A stretch of DNA of 40,466 bases from a virus (Duplodnaviria > Caudoviricetes). The stretch is taken from the IMG/VR virus record IMGVR_UViG_3300049730_000275, positions 1 through 40,466 of that record; one strand, written 5' to 3'. How positions within the stretch are numbered: the stretch's first letter is position 1; every line of letters begins with the position of its first letter. Under the pieces are notes generated by a model. That model had not been told where the DNA came from, did not search any database, and was given only the letters and a program-made list of their open reading frames with translations. Positions 25,352-34,544 of the stretch are shown piece by piece. A program made the position numbers and the translations under genes.

Positions 25352-25957
25352 TCAGCCGATCGTCACGATCTTGTAGCTATCCAACACCCCACGCACGAAG
25401 GGATGAATCCCCGTCCCGAGTCCGGGCGTGCGGATTTCGGTATCCAACTCGACGCTGCCGGTGACGCCGTGCGGCGCCGAGCGCGCCCTGAACTGCAGGA
25501 CACACTGGTCCAAACACGCCTCCTGCACCGGCGCCGGGACCTCGGCGCCAAAGCCCCACGCCGCCGTCACGCGCACGCCTCCCGGCCACGGTGGAAACAC
25601 CCGCGGCGCGCTGGTGGGCCAGGTGGTGCGGATCTCCCAATAGGGACCGGGCGGCACGCCGTAGGCCGCGTTCAGCGGGTAGAGCGCATAGTCGGCGGCG
25701 TCCCAAATGGTTTCGTGCGTGCCGTCGTGGTCGTCGTCGGTGGCGACCTCGCTGACCGCGCCGGCGTCATCGATGAACACGCGGCCGGCCGCCGCGGCCG
25801 TGTAGGTGCGCGCCCCACTGCCGGCGGCGAATACGCGCCCGCAGTAGTTCTGGATCGAGTCGGAGACGGCCAGAATCAGCGCCGCCAGCGCTGCGTCGTC
25901 GCGGGTGTCGGCGATGCCCAGGCGGGCCTTGAGCTGCGAGAGACTACAAAGCGCCAT
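25352..25957 (-). CDS. Head-tail connector (gp6/gp15-like)
   Basis: LCSLSQLKARLGI..DDAAL..IQNYCGR..VTAAWGF..VPAPVQEAC. Confidence 0.85.
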   Translation of the reverse strand: MALCSLSQLKARLGIADTRDDAALAALILAVSDSIQNYCGRVFAAGSGARTYTAAAAGRVFIDDAGAVSEVATDDDHDGTHETIWDAADYALYPLNAAYGVPPGPYWEIRTTWPTSAPRVFPPWPGGVRVTAAWGFGAEVPAPVQEACLDQCVLQFRARSAPHGVTGSVELDTEIRTPGLGTGIHPFVRGVLDSYKIVTIG

Positions 25958-25988
25958 AGGGGCTGCCTCCGGGCTCCCTCCCGGCCGC

Positions 25989-26267
25989 CTACCGGGTCCG
26001 CCCCGTCCGTCCCGTGCGCATCGCGCCGGCGGGCGCGCGCCGGGATCGCGCGGGCTCGGGTTCCGGCTCGGGCTCCGGCTCGGGTTCGGGCTCCGGCTCG
26101 GGCTCCGGCTCCGGCTCCGGCGCGGGTGTCCCGACCACTTCGACCACTTCGGCGAAGCCGGCGGCGAACCACGCCGGGTCGACCTCGGCGTCGGGCACCT
26201 CGGCCACCTGGCCGGGACCGAAGCGCCCGCTGGGCGTCCCCACCGTGGTCAGGAACCGGAGCCTCAC
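25989..26267 (-). CDS. Small head-associated protein with poly-(PE) tract
   Basis: RFGPGQVAEV..AGFAE followed by ~11 PE units; GTGA-coupled. Confidence 0.65.
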   Translation of the reverse strand: MRLRFLTTVGTPSGRFGPGQVAEVPDAEVDPAWFAAGFAEVVEVVGTPAPEPEPEPEPEPEPEPEPEPEPEPARSRRAPAGAMRTGRTGRTR

Positions 26268-26713
26268 GCCACCACCTCGTCGACCGTCGTGGCGTCGGTG
26301 GCCGGCTGGTAGCGCGCGTCGTGGCCCAGCAGCAACCCGGCGACGAGCGCCGCCGCCGCCGCCGTGGTCACGGTCAGGCGCACGTGGGTGAAGGCGTTGT
26401 TGACGTCGAGCTCCTCGGCGCCGCAGTTGAGCACGGCCTGCTTGTTGCTGTCGGTGCCGGCCGCGGTCAACTGCGTGATCGCCTTGCCGGTGACGTCCTT
26501 GGCGCCGGCGCCGGCCGCGCTGGTGGCCTGCTCCAGCTTGGCGTCGACCGTGCCGGTGGCGGTGATCGCGCCCACGACGACGACACCCTGGACGGCGCTG
26601 TAGGTCGCCATCGACACCCAGCCGGTGCTGGCGCTACCCGGCGCCAGGCTCTGGGGGTTGATCACGCCGGCGATGGTCGCCCGGTCGGACGGATTCGCGT
26701 TGGGGGTGCTCAT
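26264..26713 (-). CDS. Capsid decoration/cement protein
   Basis: AAGGAG RBS; directly after MCP; beta-rich TGWVSM..KLEQATS..FTHVRL. Confidence 0.7.
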   Translation of the reverse strand: MSTPNANPSDRATIAGVINPQSLAPGSASTGWVSMATYSAVQGVVVVGAITATGTVDAKLEQATSAAGAGAKDVTGKAITQLTAAGTDSNKQAVLNCGAEELDVNNAFTHVRLTVTTAAAAALVAGLLLGHDARYQPATDATTVDEVVA

Positions 26714-26742
26714 GGCCTGTCTCCTTACGGGTCGGGCGACGG

Positions 26743-28158
26743 TTACGGCCGGACGGCCAGGGCCACGAAGTGCGACTTGGTGTTGCCGCCGTGCGCCGGC
26801 GAGACGGCCGCCGACAGGTACGGCTGCCCGCCCAACCGGAACGTCCAGCGGAACGCGTCGATGTTGTAGTCGAAGTACAGGTGGATACTCGACGCGAACT
26901 GCGGGCTGTCCGTCCGGCGGGTGGCGTAGTACCCGGTCGGGTCGACCAGTTGGATGTCGCCCGCGGCGCCCAGCGTCTGGCAGTGCTCGCTGGGCTGGAC
27001 CGGGCGCCCGAAGAGGAACCCCCCGGGCGCGCCCGCGAACCCGGTGGCCGGGGGCGTCCAGATGGGCTGGTCGCCCAACGTGAGCTGCACCAACTGGGGC
27101 AGCACGTCGGGGTTGATCTTCCAGACGGCGCGGCCCAGCGAGCCGGCCAGCAGCCGGCCGAGCATGTTGGCCACGTTGGCGGCGATGACGGTCGCCGTGG
27201 TCTGGCTGCTCTCCTTGGCCACGCTGATCAGCGCGCCCGAGGTCATCCAGCCCAACGGCTGCCCCGCGCCCGTCCCCCACATGATCGCGTCGCTGGTCTT
27301 CCAGGCGATCGCGCGGGCCGCGCCCCGCGAGAGCCGGTCGTTCAGCCGGGGCGCGTCCTGCAGCAACTCTTCGGTGGCCAACACGAAGGCGTAGAGCGGG
27401 TGGAGGGGGACCTGCACCAGGTCGGTGTCCAGCCGGCTGGGCGTCATCTGGGTGCCCTCGGCACGCCAGCGGGCCTGGATGCCGGTGGCACCCCAGGGCG
27501 TGCTCTCGTCCTTGAGCAGCTCGACCACGTTGCTGCTGGTCATCTCCGGCCCGACCTGGGCCAGCAGGTTGTCCTCGTCGGCCGCGACCAGCTCCCAGAT
27601 CCCGTCGCGGAAGTCCGGCGGCACCATGTACCCGTCGGGCGTGGCGCTCTCCAGGTGGAAGTTGGCCGGCGCGGCGCCGTACTGGCCGGGCTGGCCATAG
27701 CCGGTGCCTAGCCCGCGCAGGCGGTCGTCGACCGGCCCGCCGGGCAGGAGCGCGCCCTTGACCGCCAGGGCAAACTGGGCCAACGTCGCGAACCCGCGCC
27801 GCGGGTCGTCGAGGCGCCGCTCGTGGAGCAGCGCCACCGCTGCTCCGGCTGCCCCGAATCCGGTCGCGGCCGGTGCGGGAGACGGGGGCGCCGGCCCGCC
27901 CGCGACCGCGGCCGGCAGCGCGGGCTCGAGGCGCAAGCGCTCGCGCTGGCGTTCCTCGCGCTCGATCTCGCCGGCGAGCGCTTCCAGGCGGGCCTGGATG
28001 GCGTCGTCACGCCGGCGTTCGTCGTCGGTCAAGTCGCGGGCGTGCCCGTTCTGGGCGTCCTGGGCGTCGGCCTCGACGGCGGCGAAGAGGGCCTGCCCCT
28101 CGCGCACGAGCGCCGCCCGCTCGTCGAGGAGGTGCTGGTAGCGTCCGGGCATCGGCAT
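26743..28158 (-). CDS. HK97-family major capsid protein
   Basis: Coiled-coil delta domain, GYMVPPDF, TEELLQDA, GTGAGQPLG, LFGRPV. Confidence 0.95.
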   Translation of the reverse strand: MPMPGRYQHLLDERAALVREGQALFAAVEADAQDAQNGHARDLTDDERRRDDAIQARLEALAGEIEREERQRERLRLEPALPAAVAGGPAPPSPAPAATGFGAAGAAVALLHERRLDDPRRGFATLAQFALAVKGALLPGGPVDDRLRGLGTGYGQPGQYGAAPANFHLESATPDGYMVPPDFRDGIWELVAADEDNLLAQVGPEMTSSNVVELLKDESTPWGATGIQARWRAEGTQMTPSRLDTDLVQVPLHPLYAFVLATEELLQDAPRLNDRLSRGAARAIAWKTSDAIMWGTGAGQPLGWMTSGALISVAKESSQTTATVIAANVANMLGRLLAGSLGRAVWKINPDVLPQLVQLTLGDQPIWTPPATGFAGAPGGFLFGRPVQPSEHCQTLGAAGDIQLVDPTGYYATRRTDSPQFASSIHLYFDYNIDAFRWTFRLGGQPYLSAAVSPAHGGNTKSHFVALAVRP

Positions 28159-28367
28159 CGCTGGCTCCCTGGCTCCTGGGCTGCTCCGTGGTGGAGCTGG
28201 TGGAGCGGCGGGCACCAAAAAGGTGCGCACCGCGGCCTGCGGACCATCCCGGTGGGGATCGTCCGGCAACCGACGGTCGCGCACCTCGCGACGGCGCGGC
28301 GCTTCCGTGTTACCCCCGCGGACACCAGATCGCGTCGGCGCTGGACTAGGCGGGAGCCTTCGAGCGC

Positions 28368-29009
28368 TTACTGTAGCCGCGCCACCGAGAGGTCGTCAAG
28401 CACGGCCATCCGCACCAGCCCCAGCACCGCAGCATGGCCGGCCAGCGCCTCATCCCAAGTGCGATAGCGCTCGCAGATCTCTTCGTCTGCCTGCGCTTCA
28501 CCAGCCGCGGCCGGCATCCCCTTCGCAGCCTTCGTATAGAACACCATCGTTTCGAACAGCACCGGACCACGCGCCGACCCCTCGAAATTGTGATCGACCC
28601 CCAGGAAGACGGTAGACACGCGCGCCGTCGAACCGCTCGGGAGTGCCACGGCGTCATCGGCAACCTGCCGATCGGCATTGGCCCACCATTCCGACCATTC
28701 GAGCCAGTCACGCGCCGGGCGCGGCACGTGGCCGTCGAGCACGTAGTTGAGGCGCAGATTCATCCCAAGTGGCACCGTCGCGCGCGCTGGGCGCGGCCCC
28801 TTAGCCCCGGTCTGGTGGGCAGCCTGGTGGGCGTTCGCCCATGCACCGAGACAGGTGAGTGAGCAGAAGTGGTGTGGCGCGTCGTGGATGACTGCCGGGT
28901 CGGCATTGCATGTGAAGAGCACCTGGCCGTACACATCCAGTTCCCACCAATTCACCGGCGGCTCCGGCGCCTCAACATGGCATTGGTTGCATCGAGTCGA
29001 CATGGCCAT
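28368..29009 (-). CDS. Moron: Zn finger fused to VSTVFLG..FETMVF-family phage protein
   Basis: CNQC...HFCSLTC; VSTVFLGVDH..PVLFETMVF..RYRTWDEALAGH; lower GC. Confidence 0.7.
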   Translation of the reverse strand: MAMSTRCNQCHVEAPEPPVNWWELDVYGQVLFTCNADPAVIHDAPHHFCSLTCLGAWANAHQAAHQTGAKGPRPARATVPLGMNLRLNYVLDGHVPRPARDWLEWSEWWANADRQVADDAVALPSGSTARVSTVFLGVDHNFEGSARGPVLFETMVFYTKAAKGMPAAAGEAQADEEICERYRTWDEALAGHAAVLGLVRMAVLDDLSVARLQ

Positions 29010-29073
29010 TGCGGCCCCCTTCCAGACCGAGAGCACGCGAGGCGCGCCGGCGGAAGGACACCGCAGGGGCTGA

Positions 29074-30138
29074 TCAGGCCACGCGCCTGCGCATGCTACG
29101 AGTGTGCGCCAGATGATACCCGGCCGCCTGCGTCTCGCGGAACCGTTGCCGGCGCCGGCGCCAGTCCAGCCCGCTGACCAACTCCCAGGGCGGTTCCTCG
29201 CAGTGCCGTCCGGCGTCGGCGCGGAGCTGCGCCTCGGTAGCCGGCCCGGCATTGGCCACCAGCGCAGCGGCCCGCTGGCCAAGCTGCGCCCGCCCGCGCG
29301 CCGACTGCAGCCGCGCGATGGTTTGGGGCAGGCTTTCCACCCGATCGGCCATCCCCAATTCGACCGCCTCGCGGGCGCCCACCACGCGCCCCTCGCCGAA
29401 CCCGTTGCGGACCGTGGCCACGGACACGCCCCGGTGGCGGGCCACGTCGCGGGTGAACATGCCGTAGTAGTCGTCGACCCGCGCCTGGATCGCCGCCCGC
29501 GCCTCGGCCGTGAGCGGCGCGAAGGGGCTGGCCTCGCCCTTGTACGTACCGGCGTTGATCAAGCTGACGGTGACCCCTTCCTGGTCGAGGCGCCGGCTGT
29601 GATCTTCGTGGGCGGCGAGCACGCCGATGCTGCCGACCTCGCCCGACGGCGTGACGACCAGCTCGTCGACCGCCGTGGCCAGCCAGTAGGCCGCGCTCGC
29701 CGCCAGGCTGTTGGCCACGGCGACGAGCGGCTTGCTGCCACGTGCCTCGTACAGGGATTGCGCCAGCTCGGGCACGCCGAAGACCGCGCCACCCGGTGAG
29801 TCGACGTCGAGGAGGACCGCCGCCACCTCGGGATTGGCGATGTGCGCGCGCAGGTCGGCCGCGATCTGCTCCGTACTCGTGCCGCCGCTGGAGGCGCCCA
29901 GCAACCCGGCGCGCTGGGCGATCACGCCGTGCACCGGGATCACCGCCACGCTGCCGTCGTTCACCCTCCCCGCCCCCGACGGTCCGTCTCGCGGCGGGCC
30001 AATGCGGGCGGCGATCTGCTCGACGGGGAGGCGCCCGCCCGCTGCCCGGAAGGCCAGCAGCTCGACGATGACGCCGAGCATCTCCGGCCGAATGGCCCAG
30101 GGCGTGTCGAAGACGAAGCGGGCGATGCGGTCGTACAC
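29074..30138 (-). CDS. S49-family prohead protease
   Basis: DVDSPGG, AASAAYWLA, VGSIGV, AGTYK. Confidence 0.93.
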   Translation of the reverse strand: MYDRIARFVFDTPWAIRPEMLGVIVELLAFRAAGGRLPVEQIAARIGPPRDGPSGAGRVNDGSVAVIPVHGVIAQRAGLLGASSGGTSTEQIAADLRAHIANPEVAAVLLDVDSPGGAVFGVPELAQSLYEARGSKPLVAVANSLAASAAYWLATAVDELVVTPSGEVGSIGVLAAHEDHSRRLDQEGVTVSLINAGTYKGEASPFAPLTAEARAAIQARVDDYYGMFTRDVARHRGVSVATVRNGFGEGRVVGAREAVELGMADRVESLPQTIARLQSARGRAQLGQRAAALVANAGPATEAQLRADAGRHCEEPPWELVSGLDWRRRRQRFRETQAAGYHLAHTRSMRRRVA

Positions 30139-30141
30139 AGA

Positions 30142-30396
30142 CTAGCCCTCCTGGGCATCCTCGGGGACGCGGTGCAGGCGCACCACCGGCGGGCGCACGA
30201 ACCGCTCCTGGTCCGGTCCGTCCCGCCACGCGGTGGAATGGACCTCCAGGCGCACGCGCGCGGTGCCCCACAGCGTCGCGTCGGCGGGCAGCGGGTACTC
30301 GACCGAGTAGCGCCGCCGCGCGCCAGCCGGCGTCCGCAGCAGGTCGACCAGCAGGCGCAGGTCCAGCTCAAGCCAGCGCGTGCCCGGTGTGGCCAT
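30142..30396 (-). CDS. Small hypothetical protein
   Basis: GAGGAGG RBS; fills the portal-protease gap. Confidence 0.6.
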   Translation of the reverse strand: MATPGTRWLELDLRLLVDLLRTPAGARRRYSVEYPLPADATLWGTARVRLEVHSTAWRDGPDQERFVRPPVVRLHRVPEDAQEG

Positions 30397-32059
30397 CGTC
30401 GTCCTCCTCAGCCTCCGCAGCGTCTTCCAGTGCCGCCTCGTCGTCCTCAGCAGGGGCGGCGCCCGGCAGCAGCACGCCGGCGGCCACCAGCGCCAGCCGG
30501 GTGAGGGCCTCCCGCCTCCCGTCGAGCCAGCCGGGCACCGCCTCGGGCAGCACGGCCGCCAGCGCCGCCGCCTGCGCGGCGCAGTAGCCCGCGGCGACGT
30601 CGTCGGGCAGGCGCAACGCCGCCGCCACCGTTGCCCGATGGCCCGCATAGAACGCGTCGAGCGCCGCCCGCCACGCCGCCGGCTGCCCCACGCAGCGGTG
30701 GGCCGCCTTGCCCAGCGCGGCCTGCTCTTTCCGGATGAGCCGCGCGGCCGCGTCGCCGACGAAACCCTGGATCGTGGCCCCGGTGGCCCCGGCGGCCAGT
30801 GCCGGCACCGCCATCGCGCCGCGCTCGGGTGGGACCGGCCCCATCCCGGCCGGTGCCATATTCACCGGGACCAGGTAGTCGTCGAGGCCCGCAACCGGGT
30901 TGAGGTTCTCGTAGCGCCGCACGTCGTTGGCGCTGAGCCAGCCCCACTGCCGGCCGGTGGCGTAGGCGTCGTAGCGGTCCTTCTGGTTGCCCCGCAGCAG
31001 GCCGTCGACCAGGAACTCGGCAAAGAACCGCTGCGGGGCCAGGATCAGGTCGGCATTGATCCCGTTCTCCCACCGGCGCAGCCAGGGCAGCAGCGCGTAG
31101 GTGACGAACTCGATGCCCATACTCTCGATGCCGGAGCCCCAACTGCTCGACTTCGACACCAGCTGCACCAGGTGCAGGGGCACGCCGAAGAACCGGCAGA
31201 TGTCCTCGACCTCGAACTCGCGCAGGCTGACCCACTCGGCGTCCTTGGGGGCCACGCCCATCGCCTTGTAGGACATGCCCTCGTCGAGCACGGCGGTCGA
31301 GTAGGCGTTGCCCAGCCCGGCGTGCGCCTCCTGCCACGCGGCGCGCAGTCGACGCTTGGCGTCGAGCGACAGCACCCCGGCGTACTCGATCACGCCCTTG
31401 GGCGCCGCGTCTTGGCTGAAGAAGCGGGCGCCGTAGCTCTCGGCCGCCAGCGACAACCCGATCGTCTCGCGGGCGTAGCCGAGCACGCTGAGCCCGCGCT
31501 TGCCGTCCAGCGTCAGCCCCAGCAGGCGCCACACCTCGTCGTCGAGCAGCACCCGCTGGCTGCCGTCCGGCTCGGTCACGCGGTAGCGCTGCCGGCCCGA
31601 GGGCAGCGCCTCCACGGCCACCCGGTCGGGCGGGAGCGGGAGGAGCTGGTCGACCGGGCCGCGCGGTCCCGGCACGATCCGGGCGTAGGCCTCGCCCCGC
31701 AGCAGCAGAGCCAGCATCATGGCCACCTTGAAGTCGAAGGCGGTCATGTGCTCGTTGGGCGCGTGCTGCAGCCGGTCGTAGAGCGGGTGGTTCGGCGCGC
31801 GCTGCCTGGCGCCGTCGGGGAAGCGCTCGTAGACCGGCAGCGGCAGTCCGGCCAGGCTCTCGCTGAGGAGCTTGCAACAGCCCCAAATGGCGCTGGCACA
31901 GAGCGCCGTCTGCTCGCTGACGTAGACGCCGGACACCGCGGGACCGGCCACGCTGGTCGGGCCGGCGGACCGCCACCAGAAGTCGTCGCCGGGGTCGCGG
32001 GCCACGCTCCCCCCGGCCTCCATGGCCGCGGCGGCCCACGCGCGGCGGACCAGACTCAC
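30368..32059 (-). CDS. HK97-family portal protein
   Basis: LAGLPL, PNEHMT, GEAYA, ICRFFGVP, GWLSANDVRRYENL. Confidence 0.96.
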   Translation of the reverse strand: MSLVRRAWAAAAMEAGGSVARDPGDDFWWRSAGPTSVAGPAVSGVYVSEQTALCASAIWGCCKLLSESLAGLPLPVYERFPDGARQRAPNHPLYDRLQHAPNEHMTAFDFKVAMMLALLLRGEAYARIVPGPRGPVDQLLPLPPDRVAVEALPSGRQRYRVTEPDGSQRVLLDDEVWRLLGLTLDGKRGLSVLGYARETIGLSLAAESYGARFFSQDAAPKGVIEYAGVLSLDAKRRLRAAWQEAHAGLGNAYSTAVLDEGMSYKAMGVAPKDAEWVSLREFEVEDICRFFGVPLHLVQLVSKSSSWGSGIESMGIEFVTYALLPWLRRWENGINADLILAPQRFFAEFLVDGLLRGNQKDRYDAYATGRQWGWLSANDVRRYENLNPVAGLDDYLVPVNMAPAGMGPVPPERGAMAVPALAAGATGATIQGFVGDAAARLIRKEQAALGKAAHRCVGQPAAWRAALDAFYAGHRATVAAALRLPDDVAAGYCAAQAAALAAVLPEAVPGWLDGRREALTRLALVAAGVLLPGAAPAEDDEAALEDAAEAEEDDDGHTGHALA

Positions 32060-32364
32060 GCCGCCCTCCGATCACCCGGGGGCGGGGCGGCCCGCGTCCC
32101 CTGCAAGCGCCCGTGCCCGGCCTGCTGGCCCGGGCTGCCGGCCCCTCCCAAGGCCCGCAAGCTGGCCCAATCGACCAGGTTGAGCACCGCGCTGTAGGCG
32201 ATCCCGAACACCCCACCGGCGAGCAGCGTCCACCCCAGGCCACACAGCAGGTAGACGCCGGCGAGGGTCAACCCCGCGCCCAGCCAGAGCCACAGATCGG
32301 CCGCACCCGGAAGGTGCGGCCACCAGCGGGCTCCCGTGGGACCACCCAGGCCTGCGCGGGCCAT
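32056..32364 (-). CDS. Small two-TM membrane protein between terL and portal
   Basis: AGGAG RBS; LWLGAGLTLAGVYLL..WTLLAGGVFGIAY; TATAGT -10-like element at 32398->32393. Confidence 0.7.
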   Translation of the reverse strand: MARAGLGGPTGARWWPHLPGAADLWLWLGAGLTLAGVYLLCGLGWTLLAGGVFGIAYSAVLNLVDWASLRALGGAGSPGQQAGHGRLQGTRAAPPPGDRRAA

Positions 32365-32404
32365 CGGCTCCTGGTGCCTCTCCCGGCGCGTAACTATACG
32401 CGGT

Positions 32405-33958
32405 CTACACCACCAGAAGCGCCTCGCCCTCGCGTTCCCAGCGCGAGGCCCGTCGTTCGCGACGGATCGCCCGGTCCAGCGCCATAACAAGCCCCAACAT
32501 CCCGTCGATCTTCTCGGTGCTCTTCTGCTTGTCGGGCTTGAGGTTGCCGGCGGGGTCGGTGCGCACCACCAGGTTGTCGGCGTTCCAGCGCAGCACCGGG
32601 TGCCCGCCGTGGCGCAACCGGCCGGCCAGGACCAGGTTGAGCAGCTCCTTGGTCGGCGGCGAGAGGGTGGCGAAGCCCTGGCCCATGGCCACCACGGGCA
32701 GGCCGTCGTCGCCAAGCTCCTGGGCCAGTTGCGTGGCCCCCCAGCGGTCGAAGCCCAGCTCGCGGATGCGGAACTCGGCACCCACATCGCGCAAGGTCTG
32801 GCGGATCGCGCCGTAGTCGATCACGTTGCCCGGCGTCGCCTGCACCAGGCCCTGGCGCACCCACAGGTCGTAGGGCACGCGGTCGCGGCGGGTCCGCTCC
32901 GCCACGGTGGCCGCCGGGACCCAGAAGAACGGCAGCACGTCGTACCCCTCGGGCTCGGCGCCGTCGGGAAAGACCAGCACCAGCGCCGCCAGGTCGGTCG
33001 TGCTGGCCAGGTCGAGGCCGGCGTAGCAGTCGCGCCCGCGCAGCGCCGCCCGGTCGACCGCGCCGGCGCAGGCGTCCCACCGGTCGAGCGCCAGCCAGCG
33101 CGTCTCGCTCGCCGTCCACTGGCACAGGTACAGGCGCCGGAAGGCGTTCTCCAGCGCCGGCACCTGGCGCGCCCGCTCCGCCAGCGCCCGCATCTCGTCG
33201 AGCGAGCGGAAGTCGCCCAGCGCCGGGTTCGCCGCGCGCCATACCGCCTCGTCGGTCCAGTCGGCGTCCTCGGGCGCCGCCCGGATGTAGGCGAAGAAGG
33301 ACGGATCGTCGACCGTGCCGTCGAGCACCTGCCGGGCGTGCTCGTGCAGCTCCCAGCAGATCGAGTGCCGGTCGAACCCGGCCGTGGTGATCGCGAACGT
33401 GAGCGGCTGCCGGCGGGCCCCGGTCGACGTGGTGAGCACGTCCCACAGGTCGCGGTTCGGTTGGACGTGCAGCTCGTCGACGATCACGCCGTGGGCGTTG
33501 AATCCGTGCGAGCCGGCCGCGTCGGCCGGGATCGCCCGGTAGAAGCCGCCGTCGGGCAACAGCAGGCGCTTGGTGGCGTCGAGCACCTGGCAGCGCCGGG
33601 CCAGCTCGGCCCGGCGCTTGACCATCTGCGCCGCCACGCCGTAGACCAGACTGGCCTGGTCGCGGTCACCGGCTGCGCCGTAGATTTCCGCGCCCGGCTC
33701 CCCATCGGCGAACAGGAGGTACAGCGCGATCCCGGCCGCCAGTTCGGTCTTACCCTGCTTGCGGGGCATCTCCACGTAGGCGGTGCGGTAGCGCCGCGTG
33801 CCGTCGGCGTTGAGCGTGCCGAACAGCGGGCGGATCAGCTCGTGCTCCTGCCACGGCGCCAGCACGAACGGCCGGCCGGCCCACTCGCCTTTGGTGTGCA
33901 CCAACAGCCGGCTGAACCAGTTCACGGCGCGATCAGCCGCCCTAGCCGAGTAGGGCAT
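32405..33958 (-). CDS. terL: Terminase large subunit
   Basis: PWQ, RKQGKT (Walker A), IVDELH, ITTAG, GLDLASTTD, KIDG. Confidence 0.97.
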   Translation of the reverse strand: MPYSARAADRAVNWFSRLLVHTKGEWAGRPFVLAPWQEHELIRPLFGTLNADGTRRYRTAYVEMPRKQGKTELAAGIALYLLFADGEPGAEIYGAAGDRDQASLVYGVAAQMVKRRAELARRCQVLDATKRLLLPDGGFYRAIPADAAGSHGFNAHGVIVDELHVQPNRDLWDVLTTSTGARRQPLTFAITTAGFDRHSICWELHEHARQVLDGTVDDPSFFAYIRAAPEDADWTDEAVWRAANPALGDFRSLDEMRALAERARQVPALENAFRRLYLCQWTASETRWLALDRWDACAGAVDRAALRGRDCYAGLDLASTTDLAALVLVFPDGAEPEGYDVLPFFWVPAATVAERTRRDRVPYDLWVRQGLVQATPGNVIDYGAIRQTLRDVGAEFRIRELGFDRWGATQLAQELGDDGLPVVAMGQGFATLSPPTKELLNLVLAGRLRHGGHPVLRWNADNLVVRTDPAGNLKPDKQKSTEKIDGMLGLVMALDRAIRRERRASRWEREGEALLVV

Positions 33959-34397
33959 CGAGGCCTCCGTCGGCCGGCCGTTCGGGCACCGTCATGCGCG
34001 CGCGCGCTGACGGGGTCAGGCCGAACTCGTGGCAGAACGCGCGCACCAACGCGAGACTCTTCTGCGCGATCGCCACCTCGGGCCGCACGCCGACAAACCC
34101 CGTCTGGGTGGTGAACGTGAGCTCGCCGTCGCGCACCCGTTCTTCAGCCGCGCGCCACCGGCTGTACGCCTGGCAGTACCCCGCCAGCGCCGCGCGATCG
34201 ACCACCGTGAGCAACCCCAACCGGCGCAGCTCGGGCGCCACCCGGCGCCACTCGCGCTTGGCTTCGGGCTCGAGCCACGCCGGGCACGCCGGAAGCCCCC
34301 CCCCGCCGCGCGGGGGGGGGCCCCGGGGCGGCCGCGGGGCGGGGGCCGTGAGCACCTTGAGCGCCAGCGGTTCGGGTGCCGGTCCGCGCAACCCCAC
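33942..34397 (-). CDS. terS: Terminase small subunit, P27 family
   Basis: GPAPEP, PAWL..EAKREW, D..ALAGYC..Y, EFGLTPSAR. Confidence 0.93.
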   Translation of the reverse strand: MGLRGPAPEPLALKVLTAPAPRPPRGPPPRGGGGLPACPAWLEPEAKREWRRVAPELRRLGLLTVVDRAALAGYCQAYSRWRAAEERVRDGELTFTTQTGFVGVRPEVAIAQKSLALVRAFCHEFGLTPSARARMTVPERPADGGLDALLG

Positions 34398-34544
34398 GCG
34401 CTACCCCCCGACGAGAAACACCGCGGCGTTCGCACGGTGCTGCCCGCCCGGTTGGACGCCTCCCGGCCGGACTTTCGACCCCCCTACCCCCTCGGCCCAC
34501 TCGCACCCCGGTCGTGGCTCGTGACGCATCGTATCGCCCTCCCT
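34398..34544. other. Probable cos region
   Basis: Non-coding gap between the packaging HNH and P27 terS, the usual cos location in such phages; G-rich gggggtaggggggtcgaaagt on the minus strand. The exact cut site cannot be determined. Confidence 0.45.

Noticed and set aside
26051-26120. 6-bp repeat as a regulatory microsatellite
   Set aside because: Third positions vary while Pro-Glu is kept, so it is a protein-level linker.
16617-34114. Long plus-strand ORFs (e.g. 16617-18200, 20499-22205, 23285-24994, 30380-32197, 32336-34114)
   Set aside because: They are antisense shadows of well-supported minus-strand genes in high-GC DNA, with no recognisable motifs.
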